Below, piece after piece: positions 1-10,008 of a stretch of 64,000 nucleotides of DNA; position 1 is the stretch's first letter; each line of letters opens with the position of its first letter. A program made the translations under genes and the position numbers. This DNA is from Gnetum montanum (Eukaryota > Plantae > Gnetophyta). Where the stretch lies: positions 304,051-368,050 of the forward strand of contig MNCI01001543.1 in NCBI GenBank assembly GCA_015680685.1. The letters are read 5' to 3'. Below the pieces are notes generated by a model. That model saw nothing but the letters and a program-made list of their open reading frames with translations. It ran no database searches and was not told the origin of the DNA.

Positions 1-1660
1 AAAAATATCTCACCTAGCTTTTCTCCCAAGTAATTGGACTATCCAATCAGAAAATTACTTGCCCAACAAGCTAGGAGATTACTTGCCCAACAAGCTAGGT
101 AAGTTACAAAATATCTTGGGTGGTTGCAACCATAAAAGAGATAAAAAAGCTACAATGGACAAGTGGTCTCATGTAGTTACAATATCATAGAATATTTAAA
201 ACACAATTCCTAAAATTTATGGGGATATAAGCTATAGTTACAAACTTACTTCATACATATATATCCAAATATATGTAATGTGATTTTAATGTAAACACTT
301 CAATGTAATGTGACCTTGAACAAGATAACCAATATTGCAAATTTAAATGGTAGTAAATGATCTATTTCACAACTTGGATGAATTATAGCAGGTCTCTAAG
401 ACTTCATACGATGAGCACCTCATATTTTGAATATATATTAGTTAATTTTGAGAATGATTTTCGGCAAAGTGGTGAAATGATTATCTTCTTTTCCCTGCAA
501 ATCGCGTGCTGGAGGTTTCTTTACCGTTCCAGGGCAACGGTCTTTCGTTTATCTCTACCCAGAACCTACAAGGAATGACACATGTTTGTGTAAAATTTGG
601 AATGTAGCACAGCAAACTGCCGATTCAAACTGCCTCCACGCAAGAAATCTCTGTAACCACAATTCGATCGTCGCGCACTAGAGGAGGAGGGTTTTTTCTT
701 TGTTTTTTTCTTCTCTATGCCAAGAAAAACGTGCCCCAAACTGAGGGTTTGAATTTTGGTTTTGCCCCCAAAATTTAGGGCTTCCTGCGTTTTTGAGGAT
801 TTTCATAGACAAATCGGTGTTGCAGCATTCCATCGTGGCCGTGGAAGAAATCGAAGTCTCTCTAATGAAGGCACTCGAATCTTTCGAATTTCAATGGTGA
901 AACGCTTGCGAGAATGTAGTCAGTAGCTGATATTTGATGCCGCATCACTCCAGCATTTGCAGACGATGAGGATGTACCCGCCCGTTGCTGATCTTCCACC
1001 CACGTGCTATGGGGCAAGGGTTTGGCCTGGCCTGAAGTCTTCTCTTCTAGCCCGTACATGGGTTCATTGCTGATGCCACTGTAGCTCAAAATTATTGCTG
1101 CATATTGACGAAGAACTGAAGAATGAATCGCGGTTGAGATGGTAAAAATTAATATTGCAGAACCTCTTCGTAGAGCAGCATTCTTCTAAATTTGCAAGAA
1201 ACATCCCTGCTTAGCTATTTTATTTTTTTTTGTGTCAATAGGAAGATGGCGGTCCTGGATTTCATCAAGATTGTTGCTGCAAACATGATTGTTCAATCAA
1301 CCTCTGTAAACTCAACTGAGCAACATCAGATGCTACATTTTCATACTCCTCCACCAGAAATCTCTTGTCAAGCCATAGTCTTAAGCAAGCACATCAACTG
1401 CCCTCAAATTTAAAACATTAACAAATTCCTCCCTTTGCTGTAGAACTGTGCTAAAAAAATGATTCATTTAAATTGTTGTTATACCAATAGGCATCACAAA
1501 AATTTTGGCTGAGAAATTCTCTGTTATGCAAAGTACTGTTGATATATTTCCATTGATTTCATCAATTACAAAATCAGTTACTCTTGAGAAATATATATTA
1601 TGGTATGGATACCAAACACCATGCATCCCTGCTCCATGAAATGGCCAAAATGTGCCAACA

Positions 1661-4171
1661 GATAGGTAGTCACGCTCAATGTAGGGCCAATAGTACCCTA
1701 GGCATCTGATTTTCGCAGCCATAGCCTTGGGTGCTATATGTCCACTACACAACCCTTCATGGACCTCATTAACTACCTTTTGTGCTTGCTCATCATCCAT
1801 GCATGCTAGCAATATCCCGTCGTAGGATCATCGACACAGGGCGTCATTTCCCATGAGCACATATTGCCAAGCACGCTTACGGATTGCATCTCTCTGGGTA
1901 GATGTCAATCCACCTGAGGGCTCACCGTGCTGTAGATAAGCTTTAATGTTGGCATACCACTCCATGGCATTTGCAGCACTGACAGAGGCCACGTTTTCTA
2001 CCTGAGTGATAGGCTCTATGCATTCTGTAATCGTGGTTGGCAGGTTTTCCAAGGAGTGTGATTGGATGTTTAAAGCGAGGGTGGCTAGGGCGTCTGCTAC
2101 GATGTTTTTGTTGCATGGCACATGTTGTACATCAGTGGTCCTAAATTGCTTAGGTAGGGTTTTTTCTAGGTCGCAGTAGGGCTGCAGGTGCATAGCTTTG
2201 TAGGCGTAGACTTCGGTGATTTGATTCACAACTAATTGTGAATCTCCTCGGATTACTAGGTGTTGTATGCACAGCACTTAGGTAGTTAAGAGGCCTCTAA
2301 GTAGCCCCTTGTATTTTTCCACGTTGTTGCTGCAAGGGAATGCGAAACGATAAGCAGATGGGTGCATTTCCCTAGAGGGGAACGTGATGGTGGAGGTGGT
2401 GCTACTTTCTTACACGATTGAGGCACCTTCAAAGTGTAAAGTGGCTTCGAAATGCGATGGGACGATTGTGGCATTGCTGACGTATTCGTTCAGGAACTCG
2501 AGGTCTATGGTCACCTGGTCGTTGACTGGCGAGGCCATGAGTTGGGTTGCTATGGCTTAACCCTTCATCGATGATTGACATACATAACATAGGTCAAATT
2601 CTGTGGTTATTGCTTTCCATCGGGCTATCCTGCTACTTTTGTACAGGTTGCAAGTGATAGCCCAGAGTATATTTCTTTTGCAAATGATGTTGGTTGTGCT
2701 ATGGAATAGGTAATGCCACCACTTCTTTAGTGCAAACACTAGGGCTAGGTAGTTCCTCTCCACTTCGTTGTACTTCACCTTGTATGCTACTAGTGCATGG
2801 CTTAGGTAGTACACTGGTATCTCAGAACTATTGTCCCGCTTCTGACATAGCAGTGCCACTATGGAAGTGTTGGAGGTGGCAAGGTATATGAAGAAAGGCT
2901 TGTCCCTTTGTGGCGGGTGCACCGTTGGGAGGTGCGAGAGCTCCTTCTTCAAGTCATCGAAGGCTTGTTGACACTGGGTTGTTCACTCAAAGTCAACCCC
3001 CTTCTTTAAGAGATCTTGCATGGGGTGTAACTTGTCAATTAACCTGGCTATAAACCTTCAAATGAATTTCACTCTACCTTGTAAACCACATAACTCTTTA
3101 AGGTTTGTGGGAGGTGCTAGGTTGACGATGGCTTTGACTTTGTCGGGGTCCACCTGTATTTTGACCTCTGATACTACAAACCCTAACATGCATCTTGTTT
3201 TCACCCTAAAGATGCACTTCTTAGGATTGAGGTGTAGGTCATGAATCTGGCAACATTTGAGGACTACCCCCAGATCACTTGGGTGACCAGTTTCCTCCTT
3301 GCACTTAACCGCTATATCATCTACATAGTCATTTAATGTTTCTAAGATGTATTCACTGAAAATATAAGTCATGGCTCGCTAGTAGGTTGCTCCAGCATTA
3401 TTGAGCCCAAATGGCATCATGGTATAGTAGAAGGTCCCCCATGGGGTCATGAAGGTCATTAACAACTGGTGCTCTAGGTTAATGTAGATTTGGTTGTATC
3501 CGGAGAAACCATCCATGAAGGATAATAGAGCATGGCTAGCCGTGGTGTTGATGAGCTGATCAATGCTTGGGAGTAGGAAGTTGTCTTTGATCGTTGCCTT
3601 GTTCAAGTTTCAAAAGTCTATACAGATCTGTATCCTTCCCGTTTTCTTCGAAACTACAATGATGTTGGACACCCACTCTGAATAGTCGACCACGTGGATG
3701 AAACTTGCTTGGTATATCTTAGTGATTTCATCTCTCATAGCTAGTGCGATTTTTGGCTTAACTTTGCGAGCTTTCTTCTTAACTGTCTTTACATGGGAGT
3801 CTAAGATGATGTTGTGCTAAATTAGCCGTGGGTCCAGACCTGGCATGTCATTGTATGACCATGTGAAGACATAAATGTTGTCTTGCAAAAATTTGGCCAT
3901 ATTTTTGTGCATTTGCGTGTCTAGGAGAGAGCTGAGTTTTAATTTTTTCACCTCCCCCTTTGACATGGTCATAGGTGTCTCAGCAAGAGGGTCCTTGGTT
4001 ACATCCCCTGCCTCTTATGTGCTTGGACCAATCTGGGGATGCTTCTAAGGTTGCTGTAGTGCTAGCCATAGTCGACCCCTAGTCGATCATGTCAGAGTTC
4101 AACTGTCTCACAAGCTTGTCCTATGGCCCTGCTAATGTCAAAGACATGGAAAGGTGATGATGGATTCCCAT
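1661..4171 (-). pseudogene. pol: RT-RNaseH-archaeal RNaseH-integrase (N-terminal part) of element A, disrupted
   Basis: ORF fragments FMDGFSGYNQI, MPFGLNNAGATY and YVDD (RT); YYLSHAL (RH); RGDSQLV and NIVADALA (aRH); VHEGLCSGH..GYYWP (INT). Many stops and frameshifts. Confidence 0.95.
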
Positions 4172-4183
4172 CTCTCGCTTGAC

Positions 4184-4215
4184 CTACCATCATAAGATGA
4201 AAGCTTGGTTAAGGG
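4184..4215 (-). promoter_or_regulatory. Putative 3' splice acceptor upstream of RT (element A)
   Basis: Minus strand cttaac...tttcatcttatgatggtAG|gtc. Equivalent sites at 38693 (AG>AA), 46268 and 63003. Confidence 0.65.
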
Positions 4216-4299
4216 ATGTCAGAGATTGTGTGAAACAAAAATTTGCAAAGAAACACCGAGATGCAACTTGCTAAGTGTGGCAATGTAAATATTGAAAGT

Positions 4300-4730
4300 T
4301 TGCTAGTTTAAGGTCATGGTGGACCATCGAGGCATAAGAGTGTAGAATTGCTAAAGGTGTAAAATTGTTGATGTAAAGTGCGAAGCTATGTAACTATTGG
4401 TATGCAAATGCCAGAATGCTAGTTTAGTGCCACTTCAGACTACCATATTGCAACATGCAAGATCTTGATATGAAAGATAATAGTACAGGGAATTGCGGGT
4501 ATGAGAAGTATCGAACTGCCAGTGTAGAAATGGAGACACAAAACCACTAAGAAATGTGATACTACTTATGTGGAAGAAGGTGAGATAACCACTGGTATAA
4601 GCATGCAGCATTGTTAGTTTAATGTCATTGCGGACCGCGAACATAACGGGCTGAAACTAATAATTTAGGGTCTTTTCAAACCCTGAGGGTTGCAACTATG
4701 CTAGGATTGCTAGTTTAAGGTCTTTTCAAA
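4300..4730. repeat. Dispersed GCTAGTTTAAGGTC-N6-GACC motif array upstream of RT (element A)
   Basis: gctagtttaaggtcatggtggacc at 4302; variants at ~4418, ~4613, ~4660 and ~4709. Confidence 0.7.
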
Positions 4731-4910
4731 CCCTTAATTAAAAAAAAATATTATTTTTTTATTTTTCGGAAGGTAAGTAGTTGGATTGAAGCTTGTCAAG
4801 GCTTTAATGCTAATAGTGTTATGATGTCATGGCGAGCATGCTACGCTACACATCGTGCTTCACATTAATCGGAGAGAGAGAGGGTGGAAAGTTTCCCTAT
4901 TTTACCATTG

Positions 4911-4960
4911 TGGCCATAAATAAGGGTTAAACCCTGGTAATTTTTCCATTTTCATCGTAA
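4911..4960 (+). promoter_or_regulatory. TATA-box promoter of the nested antisense gene (element A)
   Basis: tggc(c)ataaataagggttaaaccctggtaa aligns with tggcTATAAATAggggtttacccctggtaa (63471) and ggcTATAAATAcgaggttacccc (39450). Each lies about 140-160 bp before a homologous ATG. Confidence 0.7.
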
Positions 4961-5073
4961 GAACGTAGATCCTTCATCGGAGCACAAGGCGATTTCGGAG
5001 CATGAAGCAATTGCGTTGATCAATTAGCAACGAGAATTTCTTTAGTGAAGGGCGTAAATATGCAAGCAAGGCA

Positions 5074-8000
5074 ATGGATCCTAAGACCCATTTGGCACTT
5101 GCAAAGGTTGAGGAGGTGAAGAAGACCTTAGGGCATGCACCACAAGCACGTGTTGTGGAGCAGCAGAGCACACCGTTAACCTAGTAAGTTACTTTGTCCT
5201 CTTTGCCCTTTTTGTGTGGCGCTTTCTATCATTTCCTGCTCTTTTTTTGCATCCTATTTATTTTCATCCATTCGCGGCTATCTGTGTTTTCTGTGGTTGC
5301 ATTATCTTGGCTTTTGCACCACCATGGTCATCGTTTCAGCTGTGGCAGATGTATAGACATTGCATTGTGATTGCACGCAAGGTCGCCGAAACCACCACCG
5401 CTGTGGTTGTTACAAATGCAGGGGCTAGGATAGTTTAAGTTGCTTGACCTTAGCATGCAGCAATGTAAAACCCTTGAGGGGACCAAGTCATGGTGTGATG
5501 TGGCAACGTGACACGTGTTTTGTTAGGCTATTTTGTTAGTTGTTTTGTTGCTATGCTAGGCTATTTGCATGCTCTGCTACACTAGGCTTCCACGCTCTTG
5601 CTATGCTACATGCGGACAAAGGGTTATGCTATGCTATATGTATGGACTTCTAGGCATCGCTATGTTGCATGTATTGCATTTAAGTGTGATGCTAATATTT
5701 GTTGATCGTGTTGTATAGGGCGGGACCAAGGTCCCGGCTGATTCTTTTGAACATTTGCTAGGTCTTGTGCCATGTGAGCAGACCTGTTGCCAATGCTCCT
5801 CCTCCCCCAATACGTGTTGGAGATCGAGCAGTTTGGTTCCAGAAAGGGGCACACGACTTCTTGAAATTCCTTCTCAAACACTTTAGTGTGATTATTTGGT
5901 ATTATTTAAAGGAGAAGAAGGCATCTGACATAATAGAATCCATGTTTCCAGGGGCCAATTGGGGCATCTTGAGATACTTTACCAATAGGAAAATCATGAG
6001 TAGGCACGGAGGAGGATCCAGCCAAAACTCAACAAGGTTGAGGTGTTTAGCCTGGATCTGGGACATGTCAGAATTCAATTGCTATCACAAGTACAACATG
6101 TTTTTTCTTACACGTGACATGATGACGTACTTTCAGAATCCACATGGGACTGTCTATTGTGTTGGCAGGTGAGTTTTGCATCATTGTTTTTCTTTGTAGT
6201 GGAACATTGGCCATTCTAGCCGAAGGCTTAATGGTGTATGTTTGTCACTAGGTTTTACATTGATGATGATGGGGTTCATGACCAATCAAATCTACTGGCT
6301 ACGGTGCAGCTAGCCTTACGGGAGTTTGCTTCTGCCAAGAACCTGCGGGCGGGTGTAATTGGTCAGTGCGGGGGAGAATACCGTTCCTATCTATGCATGC
6401 TCTACCTTATCTATGATCAATGTAGGGAGAAGGGTTGGTTGGACAAGGAGTGGAGAGAACCCTTCAAACAAGTCATGGTTGAAGAGGTTTTGATTGAACT
6501 CCCGTTGTTCTCGTTATCGTATAGACTTGGTGGATCAAAAGGCATGCGCCGTATGCTCAAGTGTTTTCGTAATCTTTGCATTTTCTGTAGTTCTATGCTA
6601 GGTTTGTTTTGTGAAAATTGTTGTAGGGGTGAAGAAGCCTCGTGAGGTGATGGTGGTAACTGCCAAGAGACAAGGGGAAAACATCTACTTCAAATACGGT
6701 GAAGTAGTGATGAGCCAGAGCTGGTTAGAATGAGGGGCACCAGATTCCTTGGTCGAGAAAGTTTGAAAGGCAAGGCTTATGGATCTGTTCATGGCTTCAA
6801 ATCTAAGTGTCTCTTCTACTGAGATGCTTTCCTTGATCAATTCCTTCTCTGGGAAGGAAAGCTATTTTCGCACATACATGTAGGGCATGCGGGTGGTCAT
6901 TGAAATCAATGACCAGCTATTTGCGGATCTGTTCGACGTCCCTACCAATGGCACCCCCATAGTGTCGAAGGGCAAGTAGGAGTTGAATCTTCAGAAGTAG
7001 CATATTGAGGAGTGGTTGAGGCTCACCAAGGAGTGAAAAGGGTTCCCCATGGAAAAGCTGAAGGAAGGCCTCGCCATGGGGCTTTACCTGGTTTTTCGTG
7101 CCCGTGCATTCCATCAACTGCTCACCCAAGGGAAGGTCCTGGGGTTGGTGTAGGCCTGGGTAATGTGGGAGGTTATGGAAGAAGGGGCCCATTATGACTA
7201 GGCCAATTTCCTATGTAGTGGCTTGGAGGCTGAGATTTTGGGGCTCCGTGAGCAAACAAAGTCCTACTCTAACATACACTATGCCTTCTACATAGGCTAT
7301 CTGAAGTGCTTCGTGGAGTTCCTGGTGGTCTAGGTGGATGGATTCTAGTCCATGTGAGATTGCAATCAGATTCCCAAGCTATGGATTTGACAGATCCTCC
7401 AAACTATGCAAGCCCAGGATCCCCCAAAAATGGTTGGGAAGTCGTTGTCTGTAATGACTAAAAATCTGGCGGTTCCCAACGTTCATGGCCAAGCTAGTGT
7501 ACGAAAGATGCCCCCTGTCATGACCGATAGTGCAATGTGGGATGAATGTCTCATAGGTGAGACCATGTCCAAGGATTTTTGAAGGAAGAGACCTCTCCAA
7601 GCCAGGGAAACCCCTCATGAAGAGGAGGGACAAAGACTACAGCTAAAGCTACAAAGGATGCATCCCCCCATTGGTCAGCATTTTTGTGTAATGCTTTCTT
7701 TGCTATAGTTTGCTACGCCATGCTGCGCTAGGCAGTGCAATGTAGTGTAGCATCTATTTTGAGCAAGCTTGTTTTGAATCGACGTAAACATGCCTTTTTT
7801 TCTTAGCATAGGAAGAAGAAGATGAAGAAGAAGGTGATGAGGAAGTGTCGGCCCTTAGAATGGAGGCGACGAATAAAGATGCATAGGCCCCAATCTCGGA
7901 GGAAAGGGCCCCAGTCAAGAATAAGGGAGCTTCTGTCTCTAGGATAGGGGCTCTTGTCATTAGGGAGCCTCTTCCTACCAACAAAGAGGTGCATCCCTTG

Positions 8001-9502
8001 AATAAAAAATATGCTGGTCTCCTGAAAGGAAAGGAACTAGCGCATTAGGAAAGGACCTGTATGGATTTGGTAGGGCCCTCCACTGAGGGTACCACGATCA
8101 TCTTACCTCAACAAGAAGAAAGACCATAGTCGGGCACTGGTAAGTTGGCAACACATCTGCCTCATCATAGTCCATTTTGGCCATTGCTGACATGCTTAAT
8201 CATGTAACAAGTGTTACTGCTAATGCTGCGGGACCTCCTCTGCTTCGTATAGAGTTGTGGGCCAAGGTCCCTGACAAGTTTATGTTCATGTAGGGACTTG
8301 TTGATGACATGATCAGATGCCTTCAGCAGGCAGACCCTGGCGCAGGTAAGTGGCAGTATTAAATGTTCTTATGTTGTTTTGCTAAAAACTTTTGAGTTCG
8401 TTTATTTTGCTATCTTAATGCGATTGCTACGCTCTTCATGTTGATGCAACCTCTCAGCTCAAATGGAACCCAGATCGACCCATGAAATTTGGCGCTATGC
8501 CTACACTCTCACCTGACATGACCTAGGTGCCTCGTTGTGTGTTCGACAAGGCTCAAAAGTACATCTTGCACTCGGCACGCTCTCTGTGGGAATGTAGGTG
8601 CGCCAATGAGGACCTGTAGAAATGGATCCATAGGGCCGAGCAAAGAAAGGCTAAGCTGGCCACCAAGGTGGAGAATCTTAGGTCAAAGGTTGACTTCCTC
8701 ATAAATTGTAACCCTGACCCTGTTGATTCTAAGAGGGCTGTAGATGACTATGCTCAGTTTTGGATTGTCATTCATCATAACATTGAGTCTACCTGCGAGA
8801 TAGTCGAACAACAAATGTAGATGGACTTGCTAGCCCATAAGTGTCAGGATAAGAAAGATATCAGTACCAAAGTCTTTGAATGGGGGTGAATCTAGAGAAA
8901 TCACAAACATGCATACAAGCTGGAGAACGACACCATTGAAGACTGTACAAAGATGCTATTGTGGAGGCATTCACGTATGAAGCATTCATGAATGCCATCA
9001 GTGCTTCTGAGGCCTACGCTAAGTTCAAAGAGTAGGTGAAGGTCACAGAATCTCCTAACTTGAGGATTGATCTTCCTACAGGAGAGACCGCAACTACATC
9101 ACTTTCCCTGGAACCTCTGGAATGGACGACCGTGGAAAGGGAGAAAGCTTCCATTGCGAATGCTGAACCTAGTGACAGGCATTAGATGGAAATTATGATA
9201 GAGGAGATTTGTCATTGCCTCAGGCTTGGTCTAGACCAAATACCCCTTGAGACCAACACAGGATCCTCTTAGGTTAGTTGCTTTAATGGGTAGATGCTCG
9301 TGCTATGTTATAGCTTGCGTTTGTTGCGGTTGTTGCCCTAGCTGACTACTTCATTCATGCGATGTAGGCTCCAAATGAGGGTACAAGACCCGTGGAGGGA
9401 AGGAATGAAGAACTGATAGAAGGCAATGTAGGGGCAGATGATGCACAAGCAGATGAAGCAAAGGCAGGCGGTGAAGGTGACGCAAATGGAGACACCCGAT
9501 GA
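5074..9502 (+). pseudogene. Antisense 8-exon gene inside element A (~1,100 aa): FCP1/SCP(NIF)-like HAD domain, retroelement extra-ORF-like domain, acidic linker, coiled coil
   Basis: Exons 5074-5183, 5719-6168, 6252-6541, 6627-7673, 7807-8139, 8211-8345, 8450-9272 and 9368-9502. Donors GTAAGT, GTGAGT, GCATGC, GTCAGC, GTAAGT, GTAAGT, GTTAGT; phases 2,2,1,1,1,1,0 all join the long frames. Two acceptors have decayed CAG>CAA. AATAAA at ~9619. Internal stops are mostly CAG>TAG or CGA>TGA type, with a few frameshifts inside exons. Confidence 0.82.
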
Positions 9503-9669
9503 TAGCATGGGATTTTTTTTTTGAAAATTTTAAAATGTTGAAATTTTGAAATTTCTTTTGAAAATTTTGCAAACATTGCCAATAGGTGAAAATTTTGAAT
9601 GAAATGAAAACTTTAGAAAATAAATCGATTCTTTGTTAACTTGTGTGCTATGTAAAGTTTTCGTGCTCT

Positions 9670-9905
9670 CATATTCTAGTTTTAGGCCATCTTGGGCCAT
9701 TGCTAGTTTTGGGCCATCTAGGGCCATTGTGCAACATGAAAAGTGATGGTGCTAGTTTTAGGCCATTTCGGGCCATTGCATAACATGCTGAAAAAAAAGC
9801 AACAATGCTAGTTTTAGGCCATTCCGAGCCATTTCCCAAAAGAGATAATTCATTAATGAAGCAAACAATGGTTATGATAGTTTTAGGCCATTTCGGGCCG
9901 TTAGC
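9670..9905. repeat. Tandem array GCTAGTTTTAGGCC-N6-GGCC just downstream of the protease region (element A)
   Basis: About five units, e.g. gctagttttaggccatttcgggccatt at 9751. Confidence 0.85.
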
Positions 9906-10008
9906 GCAGCATGCCAGAAGGATGGTATAATAATGAGGCAAGCAAACAATGAATGTACAAGGGATGGAAACTTGACAGGAAATAGTAGGGTTGCTATGCT
10001 ATGTGTAG

